Shown here one piece after another: positions 38,575-49,217 of a DNA stretch of 64,000 nucleotides (position 1 is the stretch's first letter; each line of letters begins with the position of its first letter). A model generated the notes under the pieces. That model was not told the DNA's origin. It saw nothing but the letters and a program-made list of their open reading frames with translations, and did no database searches. The stretch is taken from NCBI RefSeq assembly GCF_036321535.1, contig NC_087447.1, forward strand, positions 50,532,001-50,596,000, read 5' to 3'. The position numbers and the translations under genes are program-made. This DNA is from Camelus dromedarius (Eukaryota).

Positions 38575-38587
38575 GCTCTCTTCCTAG
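38575..38587 (+). other. TSKU: 3' splice acceptor of the TSKU coding exon
   Basis: Pyrimidine tract gctctcttcct followed by AG (38586-38587), then CCCCCACCATG. A CTCAC branch-point-like motif lies just upstream. Confidence 0.88.
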
Positions 38588-38595
38588 CCCCCACC

Positions 38596-39672
38596 ATGCC
38601 GTGGCCCCTGCTGCTGCCGCCCCTGCTGCTATTGCTGGCCACAAGCGGGGCCCAGACCACCCGGCCCTGCTTCCCCGGATGCCAGTGCGAGGTGGAGACC
38701 TTCGGCCTCTTCGACAGCTTCAGCTTGACACGGGTGGATTGCAGCGGCCTGGGCCCCCACATTGTGCCCGTGCCCATCCCCCTGGACACAGCCCACCTAG
38801 ACCTGTCCTCCAACCGGCTGGAGACTGTGAATGAGTCCGTGTTGGCGGGGCCGGGCTACACCACGCTAGCTGGCCTGGACCTCAGCCACAACCTGCTCAC
38901 CAGCATCTCACCCACAGCCTTCTCCCGCCTTCGCTACTTGGAGTCACTCGACCTCAGCCACAATGGCCTGGCAGCCCTGCTGGCTGAGAGCTTCACCAGC
39001 TCACCCCTGAGCGACGTGAACCTAAGCCACAACCGGCTCCGTGAGGTCTCTGTGTCCGCCTTCACCACGCATAGCCAAGGCAGGGCGCTGCACGTGGACC
39101 TCTCCCACAACCTCCTCCACCGCCTGGTGCCCCCAACCTCGCGGGCCAGCCCGCCTGCACCCACCATTCAGAGCCTGAACTTGGCCTGGAACCGTCTCCG
39201 CACTGTGCCAGACCTCCGGGACTTGCCCCTGCGCTACCTGAGCCTGGACGGGAACCCGCTGGTGACCATCGGCCCCGGGGCCTTTGAGGGGCTGGCCGGC
39301 CTTACACACCTGTCACTGGGCAGCCTGCAGGGTCTCCCCCAGCTGGCGCCCTATGGCTTCCGTGAGCTGCAGGGCCTGCAGGTCCTGGACTTGTCTGGCA
39401 ACCCCAAGCTCAAGTGGGCAGGAGCTGAGGTGTTCTCAGGCCTGGGCTCCCTGCAGGAGCTGGACCTGTCGGGCACAGGCCTGGTGCCCCCGCCCGAGAA
39501 GCTGCTCCTCCACCTCCCAGCGCTGCAGAGCATCAGCGTGGGCCAGGGCGTGTGGTGCCGGCGCCTAGTGCGGGAGGGCACCTACCCCCGACATCCCGGC
39601 TCCACTCCCAAGGTGGCCCTGTACTGTGTAGACACCCAGGAATCGGCTGCCGGGGGCCCCAATACCTTGTGA
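38596..39672 (+). CDS. TSKU: Tsukushi, secreted small leucine-rich repeat proteoglycan (358 aa, single coding exon)
   Basis: The translation MPWPLLL...SGAQTTRPCFPGCQCEVETFGLFDSFSLTRVDC... matches mammalian TSKU. It has a signal peptide, an N-terminal Cys cap, repeated LxLSxNxL LRRs and a C-terminal Cys pair. The true ATG is at 38596 in a CCACCATG context, 8 nt after a splice acceptor; the ORF track's TTG start at 38494 is intronic. Confidence 0.98.
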   Translation: MPWPLLLPPLLLLLATSGAQTTRPCFPGCQCEVETFGLFDSFSLTRVDCSGLGPHIVPVPIPLDTAHLDLSSNRLETVNESVLAGPGYTTLAGLDLSHNLLTSISPTAFSRLRYLESLDLSHNGLAALLAESFTSSPLSDVNLSHNRLREVSVSAFTTHSQGRALHVDLSHNLLHRLVPPTSRASPPAPTIQSLNLAWNRLRTVPDLRDLPLRYLSLDGNPLVTIGPGAFEGLAGLTHLSLGSLQGLPQLAPYGFRELQGLQVLDLSGNPKLKWAGAEVFSGLGSLQELDLSGTGLVPPPEKLLLHLPALQSISVGQGVWCRRLVREGTYPRHPGSTPKVALYCVDTQESAAGGPNTL

Positions 39673-41160
39673 CGAATGGTGTGGCCCGGGGCCATGTAAC
39701 AGACTGCACCCTGGGCTTCCTCAGGTCCGGGGTAATTTATACTTTAATGTGCCAATGCCAGGGGACTCTGCAGGCCTATGTGGCAGCGTCATTGCAAGAG
39801 AGGCTTTGGACCTGGGACCCACACCCAAAAGCAAAGTCTTGCCCCTTTGTCTGTGTTGCTCCCCAGACCATAAGCTGAGGGTCTTCGATGCCAAACCAGA
39901 CAGCAGTCCCCTGCTGTCCTTCCCAACTTGTCCCCAAAGTGCCTTCCCCGAGGCCTGGACCAACCTGACCCGTACGGGAGGAGGGTGGAAGGGAGGTAGT
40001 GCTGCGGGACAGAGGTCAGGTCCAGCCACTCAGGGCCGTGGGGTTCTTTTACGACATAGGCCTCTCTTTGCTCTCGGCATGTGAGGCCTACTTCATCCTC
40101 CCCACCCACCCCACCCCCACCCCCAGAATTCTGGGTAGAACTTTAATTATAAAAGGACTGGAGAAAAAAAATCAAGTCCACCTCCTCATTTGATAGATGG
40201 GAAACTGAGGCCCAGAGAAGGAAAAACGCTAATCTGAGGTACTATGGGGCAGAGGCTTGACTGGACCAGTGGCCTGCCTCCCAGCAGGGCCCCTTTGCAC
40301 TTTTCTGTCTTCTCTAAATCCTACTCTCCCCATCCTCTTTCTGGGTTCCCTCTTGCTTCCAAGAACCACATCCTGCCATTTGTGCCCTTTCCCTGTCATC
40401 CCCAGGAGAATAGGCAAGGGCGTTGGAGGTGGGACTCCGGGTCTGGTAACCAGCTGTGCAGCACAGGCTAAGTCAGTTTCACCTTGGAGCCTCTGGAAGC
40501 TTCAGGCATGCCAGTCCCAGCCCTGCCAGTTTCCCACTCTGGGGTGGGGTCCTCCAGCATCAAGACTGGAAGTTCACCTGTTGACCCCAGAGGTACCTCC
40601 TCTGGCCCATACCCCAAGGAGATGATGCAGTCGTGGAGCCTAGCCAGGCCCTGAGCTCCAGGGGCCTCCTGGATTCAGCTCCCACTGGCCCTGAGCCCAG
40701 CAGCCCATTCCACCCTACTGAGAATGAAGCAAAGGAGGCAGGGTAGCCCCCACCCATGTTTATGCTCCCCTACCAGGGTGGCATCTCAGCTCCCAGGCCC
40801 AGGCTCTTTCTTTTATGTCGGTTTTATAAAAGTTATCTTTTTAATGGACTGTCACCTTCAACCACCCTCTCTTCTGGGCCCCTGCTGGCAGGGGATGGAA
40901 ACATGTCATTTGTAAAAGAAGAAAAACATTGCATTTGTTCACTTTGCAATGCATTTACACATTGCATTTGTAATATTGTGTCCTGGTGGGTTGTGTTGGG
41001 GGAGGAGGCATGGGTGGAAGCCAGCCATATGTGGCCGTGTGGGGCGTCAGGGGGCAGGCCCCACAGGACGCCCACAGGACAATGAGAGCTCTGTCCTCCC
41101 CCTCCAGCCCCACCCAACACCTGGTCCTTGGTGTAATAAACACTATAAAGAGCCCCTCTT
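39673..41160 (+). other. TSKU: TSKU 3'UTR (end approximate)
   Basis: Runs from the stop codon to just past the AATAAA at 41135. Includes a MIR relic (~40170-40230) and an AU-rich block (~40810-40980). Confidence 0.75.
41135..41140 (+). terminator. TSKU: Polyadenylation signal AATAAA of TSKU
   Basis: gtgtAATAAAcactataaag, the first canonical hexamer I found downstream of the stop codon. Confidence 0.8.
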
Positions 41161-43757
41161 TCCATCATTTGACCAGCATCCACCGACATTCCCTAGACTG
41201 GGCCCTGGGGCCACAAGGATGAATTGGGACCAGCTTGTTCTCTGTAAAGTCCAGTAACCTCCCAGGATTGGTTGAGTAAAAGTGACGTGAGGAAGGTAGT
41301 TGTTTGGGGTGGATTTCACCTTTCACTGCAGCTTACAATCTTTCCGCCTTCCTTATCTCCCCTCCCCCTGCCACACCAACCCCACGAACTTGTCAGGCCC
41401 TTGCACACCTCTGCTTTGCTGAGGCTGCTACTATGGGACCTGGCCCTTGCCCCCATCCCTGCCTCTCATCTCCTTCCCACCCTAATAGACCCAGTTGCTA
41501 CCTCACCTCCTTAGCAGCTTTCCTTGAGGTCCTCCTCCACCTCCCTCCTCTTAGGCTCCAATAGTACTTTGTTCCTTCTTGGCATTTCGACTGCTGTGGG
41601 ACCCTAACTCCTTTTTACACACTTCTGGTGACAAGGGATCCAATTCTGGCTCTGCTGTCAGGAAGTTCTTACTCCTAACTGGCCAAGATATGTAGGGATA
41701 TCCATCACCACCACCAACAGGTTTTTTCCTGCTGTCTACTCTGTGCCCTGGGACTCATGTTCCTGGGGTGGGAGAGGGGAGGACACCTAACTATAAGAGC
41801 AGCACAAGGAGCTGTGAGAGCCCTGTGGTGGGGTTAGGAAGGCTTCCTGGAGGAGGCTCAGCCACAGCAATGACAGGGACAAGTGGGCCTGGACAAAGGG
41901 GCTGGCACTTGGGAGACGTCCTGGGTAAGCAGTGGTACAGAGCCCAGGACATTCAGGCCATGGCTATGGTTGGGGTACTTCCCCATCATGTGACTTAGGC
42001 CCCCCCGGGCTTGGGCTCCCTGAGCCAGAGACAGCCCCGTCAATATGGGAAGAGATCTGAAGCATGGGGAGAGAGGGAGGGTCAAGGTGAGAACCCAGCC
42101 CTCACAGCTCTTGAATTGGTTCTCCACCCCTCCCACTTGGGACAAGTGAGACATCAAATGCAGGGTCCGGGAGAGATCCCTGGGACTTTAACCTAGTGGG
42201 GCTGGGCCCTCCCAAAGGTCTGCTTGAAGAAGGCGTCTTTTGAGTAGGGCCATGGAACATAGGGATCTTAAACTAAGCAGTGCTGAAGGGGAAGGAACCC
42301 TGGTCTCCTTCAGGTCACCTCCACCCTGAGCTGCAGCTTTCACATCCTGCAAGACGACGTAGGGGTGAAACTCCAGTGGAAGGATGAACAGACGCCTCCA
42401 CACCATGCGGGTTCCTCCTTCCTGATGGGGCCATCACCACAACCCCTGAGTGCCGGTGGAAAGGAGAAGCCCGCGGGGGCAACCGGCCTCGCTGATTCCG
42501 GCGTCCCAACGGCTCCTCCGGAGGCTCCCGGCACGCAGCACCACCTCGTGGTCACGCATGTCCAGACCTGAGGTCTGAGGGGTCGAAAAGCAAGGCCCAG
42601 GGCCGCTGGAGGCCAACGTGGACCTGCGCAGCTGGCGCGGCCAGTCTCTCCTTCCCCTCGGGGACCGCCTTCATCCACACTCTGCCCTCCTGGAACCCTG
42701 GGGCCGAGGATGAGGTCATTGGAATTTTACAGAACTATAGAGATGAGTGCAAAGTTTCCGTTTTGGAGTTTCCGGAAGAGGGTTAAAATCCTGGGTCCAT
42801 CAGGAACCAGTTGCATGACTTTAACCAAGTCACTTTCTCTGGGCCCGGAAAATGGGGATGAAAATATTTCCCTGCACGGGGTTGTATGAAGAGTAAAGGA
42901 AGGAACATCTGTAAAGAATCAAGTACAGTGCCTGGCACAAAATAGACACTCCGTAAATGCTTGTTTCCGCCCTCATTCAACCATAGAATTATGAATTAGA
43001 TTACAGAGCCATGTGGTCTTAGACTCATATTTTGGTAACTGACTCAGAACTGAAGAATTTCGTGAAGGTTTAGGATGGTAGAGCTGCAGAATAATAGTGT
43101 CATCCACAGGATCTTGGCTCTGTGTACCTTATCACAGGACAGACCTTCAGTGTGCACGTCAGCCTGTCACGGACTGGCCTTGCAGTGCGCATCTCAGTTG
43201 CGTTTTATTGCTGGGGAAACAACTAAGGCACAGTTTGCAGTCACGGTCCAGGCTGGGTCATAAACGTTTCACTGCACTTCATTCACAATTCAGTTGCCAT
43301 TACTGGACACCTGTTCCTTGGACTGGGTATTCATGCTGTCATTTCCTCCCCACAACAACTGCCCTCGGTGTTATGGTCACCGTACAGATGAAGGCAGCCT
43401 GGGCCTGACTTCATCTGTCAGATGACTAGTCTCATTCTTGCCTGTCCAACCTCAGTGGCCAGGCCAGCTGTGGCAGATCCCATGTGTCAGAGAGGGTAGA
43501 GGTGCTCTGAGAAACCCAAAACCACTAGGATCCCATTAATTGTTCTGTCGGGAGGGGAAAAAAAAGCTGGGAAAGTTATGCTGCTCTAAGCATCTCCCAT
43601 CAGATCCATGGGTTCTAGATCCTAGAACATGAAAAGCCAAAGATAAAAGCTTTCCCCTCCTGGCCCCATTTCACAGATGGGAAGACTGAGGCCCAGAGAG
43701 GCACAGCCCAAAGTCATAGGGCAGGTGACATGGCCACAAGTCCACGATTCTGTGCTT

Positions 43758-43909
43758 CAGAACTGGCTACATAATCAGTGGGACCCAGTGTAAAATGAAA
43801 ATGTGAGGTCTCTTGTTCAAAATTGTTAAGAATGTCAACATGGTAAGAGCAGAACCTTAAACCAAGCACGAGGCCCTTCTAAGATCCCACTGCTGTGCAG
43901 CCAGCCCTG
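43758..43909 (-). mobile_element. MER45A-like hAT-Tip100 MITE with perfect 8-bp TSD
   Basis: CAG...CTG ends. Internal ggctacataat...ggacccagtgtaaaatgaaaatgtg...ttgttcaaaatt...aaaccaagcac. Flanked by CTGTGCTT at 43750-43757 and 43910-43917. Confidence 0.88.
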
Positions 43910-44969
43910 CTGTGCTTTAATCATATAATTTACAGAGAAGGAAAGGGCAAAACACCCCATGCTGGTCAGGATGGCAAAAGAAAATCTCTATGGATTTGTG
44001 TGAAACCCCATCCCTCTAGCCCAGGAAGCTGATTAGATTCAAACCCAGGAATTTCCTTCCATGGGTGTTATCACACCACCCTCTGATTTCCCCAAATTGT
44101 CACAGCCAGAAGGTTTTTGGAGAGAGAGAGCAGATAACAATGGATACACCAGCACCCACCAACTGCCTCCAAACCAGCCATGGGATGTCTCTCTGGACAA
44201 GACTGCTGTAGGCAGTCTACCTTCTGCTCATCCCTAATGTCCACCAAGACATAGAGGTCATCATAGGCCCATAGGGCCTTGCACACAGATGCTTAGTGGT
44301 CTGTGTTGGCTAATTTCAGCAGGGAGCAAATGCCCATTGATACCTAACATTTATTGATACCTAATATTTATCGATATCTAATGGCTGACATCCACAAAGC
44401 CATATATACCAATGCCAGTGTTTGCAGGTAGCTCATCACAAGGATAACTGCTCTGCTCATTAATACCTAATGTCAGTCCATAGCTCAACATCTGGCAGCA
44501 GCAAATAGCCATCCAGTTAAGTCATATGCCCTGTGTTTATTCATGTATTTATTTAAGTCCCAATGGTTTTATTTATGGGGATTATTGTGTTTGCTGAGCT
44601 GGGTGGGAATTCTTTCTGTGTTTACTGTTTAATTCCAAAAGCTATTTATTATTTTCTTTGGCATACCCATTATTCAAAAGATTCTGAATTAGGAACACTA
44701 GCATACATTTATGTTTCTTGACCTATACACATATGTATATGTAATTATTAAATACATGATACAGGAAGACAGAGCAAAAGAGACCCTGCTTTGAGGACAG
44801 GAGTGTCAAGCCAGGAAAAATTTACTAATTAGTTGATTCTTAGAGGCAGCAACTTTTCCAAAGCTGAGTGAAAATTCGAGGCATCAGCCCTTCTGCTCAG
44901 GCAAAGAAGGACAAAAGGCCCTACTTTGGGCTGAAAAAAATTAGGGACTCTAAAAGGTTAGGACAACAT

Positions 44970-45195
44970 AACCAGTGGTTAAGGCACAGCAAAGAGAGGC
45001 TGCCTGGGCTCAAGGCCAGCTCTGCTACTTACAGCTAAGTGTCCTGGGGTAAGCCCTCAACTTCTTAGGCCTCAGTTTCCCTATCTGTAAAATGGAGACG
45101 GTAGCTACCTTACAGGGATATTGTAGGAAATAAGTCAGTGTACATAGAACACTTAGAATAGCACCTGGCATATAATAAGTGCCATATAATAAATA
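44970..45195 (+). mobile_element. MIR
   Basis: cagtggttaagg...ctctgctacttacagct...ggcctcagtttccctatctgtaaaatggag...cacttagaatagcacctggcatataataagtgc. Confidence 0.8.
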
Positions 45196-45202
45196 CAAAA
45201 CA

Positions 45203-45408
45203 CAATTGACCTTTGAACAACTCAAAAGTTAAGGAAGACAACCCTCCAAGCAGTCGAAGATCTGAGTTTAACTTTATCATCAGCCTTCCATATCTACAGA
45301 GTCATCTGTAGATTCAAGCAACTATGGGTCATAAAGTATGGATTTAGTGAAAGAAATTCGCATATAAGTGGACCGGTGCAGTTCAAATACATGTTCAAGA
45401 GTCAACTG
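45203..45408 (+). mobile_element. Internally deleted Tigger1 derivative (TcMar-Tigger MITE)
   Basis: Terminal inverted repeats CAATTGACCTTTGAACA and TGTTCAAGAGTCAACTG followed by TA. Tigger1 end motif cgcatataagtggaccggtgcagttcaaa. Confidence 0.85.
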
Positions 45409-45943
45409 TACTTTTTAAACATTTTTTGGAAAAATCTTTTGTCAAACTTTTAAGCATGCTGTGACTCAAAGCATTCTCAGGCAGGGTTCTTTTGGAGGCC
45501 ATCAGCTCTCAGCAGGTGATCTCACAGAAGCTGTGGTCCTTAGGACTGTGTCTGAAATGAGGTTCTACCCTCTGCACCAACACATTTTGAAACTGCCTCA
45601 CCATACAGCTTCCTCCTAACACTCGGTGTTGAGGAAATATCCCCATGACCGTTCTCCCCAGGCCCGGCAGTCACAGGTGGAATGGCCCACCTGTTGTGAT
45701 TTGAGACTCAGTGACAACTCGCCCCTCTTCTCCCTCTCCCAGACAGCCTCACTCTTGTTGTCTGATGTCTTTGCTAGACAGACAGGGGCCCAAAAGTGAC
45801 ACACCCTAAAAAGTGATTTTTAAGGTGATGTGTCGCTAGGACAGTTGCTAAGATTATGATTCTAGAGGCAGGATTATGAGACCCAGAAAGAAGGGAGTTG
45901 AAAGATAAGGTCTTTAACATCTGCTGCCTTCTCTGTCAACCAG

Positions 45944-46411
45944 TGTGATATTTTGTCATACTGGTGACCCCCCAATGAGTCACACCTGGTATTATCACCC
46001 TGCGTAGAACCGCCCTCTTGAATCTGGGCTGGGCCTGTGATTTGCTTTAATCAATAGAATGCAGCAGAAGTGGCTCTGGATCAGCCCCAGACCTAAGTCT
46101 TAAGAAAGTCTGGCAGGTTTCCTTTTTGCAATCTTGGGAGTCCGGAGCTGCCCCATACAGAGTCTGGTAAGACCACGTGGAGAAGCCCGAAGGCCATATG
46201 GAGAAAGAAAGGCTCAGCCATTCAGTATCCCAGCAGATCTCAGAGCCTGGCCAACCCTTCACCTACAGAAGTGACTGCAACAAAAGCAGCAGAGGAACCA
46301 ACCAGCGGACCCCAGCCCTGATTGCAGAATCATACGCTTAAACCAAACGACTCCTGTGCTAAGCCATTATACTTTGGAGGGCTTCCTACATGGCGGCAGA
46401 CAACCAAAACA
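45944..46411 (+). mobile_element. MaLR LTR (MLT1H-like)
   Basis: cttgaatctgggctgggcctgtgatttgctttaatcaatagaatgcagcagaagtg ... ctaagccattatactttggaggg...gacaaccaaaaca; TG...CA ends. Confidence 0.75.
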
Positions 46412-47733
46412 GCCAAGCCACAGGCTCTGTGCCCATGCCCTCCCCATTTCTGTTGCCTCTCCTCCACCCCCTCTGGCTTTCCTGGTAAAAGAACTGCTAA
46501 CCTAGCCATGAGACCTGAGCAGCTGAAGATGCAAAGATGCCAAATGACAAAGCCAGACAGCCAGACCTTCCTCAAGAGTGGCCAGTCTGAAGGGACAGGG
46601 CAGAGAGGCACAGTTAAGAGGAGACACATGTGCCCGGTATTTTAAAGTTTATGAGATGCCACCCTGCACACGAACTCTTCTTTTGTTATATTTTTGTCTC
46701 ACAGCCACCCAGCAGGCTCAGCCTGTCTCCTCTCAGCCCAGACAAATGACTTGCAGGTCCCCAGGCAGACCCATCTGTCACACTGGGACTCCCCTTGTCT
46801 CTGCACAACCCCAGATGGAAACTGGGAGAATAAAGACCTAGACCCACTGTCCTGCTAAGGGGCCTTCTTGCTTAGAGCTTTCCCTCCAGACCCAAGGACA
46901 TACATGCAGGGAACTGAGGCTGGGGTGAGGCCAGGCACTGGGTGGGGGCAGGTGAGAAGAGCCAGAGGAGAGCAGGCAAGAGGGAAGCTGGTCTGGAGCA
47001 CAGGGGACCCTGGGAAAGGCGCAGCTTTTTAACGCTTCCCGCAGACTGTGGACAAAGTCATACTTAGCACAAACTTTAAAAATACTCTCCCCACACACAG
47101 ACACACTGTAATTCCCCTGACTTACCCCACCCGCCAGTAAAATCCGTCATCTGTGCAGACACATAGGCGGTGGGGACCAGGATGGGTGCTTGGAGGGAGT
47201 ATGTCCCGGGTTCTGAGCAAACCTCTCAGGAGTGACTACACAGAAATTCCCTCTGCTAACATGTTCTAAAGGAAGGTGACGCACGAAGCAGTAGGGGAAG
47301 GGGCAATGAATGCTCCCCTGTTCTCACACCCACCAGCCTGATTCTTACCTTCCTGTCTCTGCGTCCCTGCCACCATTTCTGGGAAGCCCCCCTGACCACC
47401 TCCCCACATCCTACTCCAGGCAAGTTTAGATGATCCTCCTCTGCGCTAACTCGGCACATCTTCCCTCCAGAGTGACACTCATCACATTTATTTTCTGTTT
47501 ATTTTTCTAGTTTCCACTTTACACTGAAGGCAAGAACTGTACCTGCCTTTGCTCCCCAAAGGGTCCCCAGCACTCAGACTGGTGCCTGGCACATAGCTGT
47601 TGTCAATACACACCCGATAAATGAATAAATGGGTTGGTTACATCCATTTTACTGATGGTTAAATGGAGGCCCAGAGAGGTTAAGGGACATTCCAAAGGCT
47701 ACACAGCAAGCTCATGGCAGAAACCAGCTGTTG

Positions 47734-47829
47734 TTTTTTTTTTACTGAAGTATAGTCAGTGTCAATTTCTGGTGTACAGCATATGTTTCAGTCATACATA
47801 CCTATACATATATTCGTTTTCATATTCTT
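47734..47829 (-). mobile_element. Short 5'-truncated artiodactyl/camelid L1 3' end with degenerate 15-bp TSD
   Basis: Poly-T followed by actgaagtatagtcagtgtcaatttctggtgtacagcat...cagtcatacata. Flanks AGAAACCAGCTGTTG (47719-47733) and AGAAACCGGATCTTG (47830-47844) match at 12 of 15 positions. Confidence 0.75.
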
Positions 47830-48624
47830 AGAAACCGGATCTTGAGAGTTCCTCTGCAGTAGAAAATTTCCTGCCCTGCCCCTCCCCTCTCCCTCAGGTG
47901 GCAGGTGTGTGCACCGACAGGCCTGAAGCAGGGATGCGGTGGGAGTCCCCTGTGAAGGTTCTGTCTTTTCCCCTCCAGCTCCTTGACAGGGACTCACCTC
48001 TGCTCTGACTTCCGCCCAGTGACTAAGTCTGTGCCCCACCTCACCCATCCCAACAGCAACCCCACTGGCTATGGAAGGGTAAGTCCCACTTCTCTGAGCC
48101 TGCTTCCTCAGCCTTAAGATGAGTCAGCCTGGGAGATCAGGAGGCTCCTTCTAACTGAGAGTCTAGGAAACCCTGATGAAAAAGACCAGAGAAGACTACC
48201 TCGCCAGCTGCATGCTGCCTGCTGTGCGGCATGAAGCACAAACGTTCACCAAGCACCAGAAAGGCCCAGAAATCTCAGGGGTTTTTTTGTACGTAACAGA
48301 ATCTTCCTTCGATAATACGTAAGTTTCTTACCTGCACTATTATGTGTGGTGTGTGTGTGTGTGTGTGAGAGCCCACGTGATGGTCTTTTTCAGGTTTTAA
48401 AAACAAATCCAGATGATTCTACTGCATAATCAGGTTTGGGCAACACTAAAGTTTACACAGATCCTGCATCTCACATCCATACCTCACATACTCTTCATGA
48501 CCTTCAGAGCAGGCAGGGCTGATCACAAACCCATTTCACAGGTGGGGAAAATGATGCCCAGACAGTGGGTGGCAGAACCTGGGACTTGACTCAGAAGCCC
48601 TATTCCAAACTCTCCTCTGAGTTC

Positions 48625-48712
48625 AAAAAACAAAACAAAACAAAATAAAACAAAATAAAATAAAATTAAATTAAATTAAATTTAAATTTAATTAAATTAA
48701 ATTTAAAAAAAA
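48625..48712. repeat. Compound A-rich microsatellite (CAAAA/TAAAA/TTAAA/TTTAAA)
   Basis: Direct read of the sequence. Confidence 0.9.
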
Positions 48713-49203
48713 GAGAAGAATGGATACAATTACTTGGCTGGTAGACCCGTTCAAAGAGCTTGCTTAGCCCTGCCAGGGAGCTAAATCATTTGGTGGGAAG
48801 CCCATTCTCTAGGAGATGGGGGTGACAGATGACAAGAATAATAAAACTCTGGGACAGAGTCAACAGGATGCTGAAGGCGTGACTCAAAGGATTAGAGCAG
48901 CCCAGGGAATGAACCTCAGGCCTCAGTGCTCCGGCTCCGCCCACACACACACTTTTAAGCCCTGTGTTTGTCCCAAAAGACACCACAGTCCTGACCACAG
49001 GGCACGCAGACGTGGACCAAACCCAACCCTGGCCGTGGCGGCGCCCCGTTGGCTGCATTACAAGGAGGCAAGTGACTACATAGGCGGAGCTGAAGCTTGA
49101 GTTCCCATTCGACAGAGGGGCAATCTGGGGCACCTCACAAGAGCTGAGCTGTGGGTCGAGCTCCAGCTGAATCCAGGTCTCTGACCCTCCCGTAGCTCTG
49201 TCT

Positions 49204-49217
49204 CCACCAGAGGGCGC
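49204..49217 (+). promoter_or_regulatory. CTCF core motif
   Basis: CCACCAGAGGGCGC is a 14/14 match to CCASYAGRKGGCRS, in a locally CpG-retaining patch. Confidence 0.7.

Noticed and set aside
38494..38595. 34-aa N-terminal extension of TSKU in the ORF track
   Set aside because: It starts at TTG, lies mostly upstream of a clear splice acceptor at 38587, and would displace the signal peptide. The real start is ATG 38596.
44336..44471. CRISPR-like array
   Set aside because: Eukaryotic context, abutting units without unique spacers, and no cas genes.
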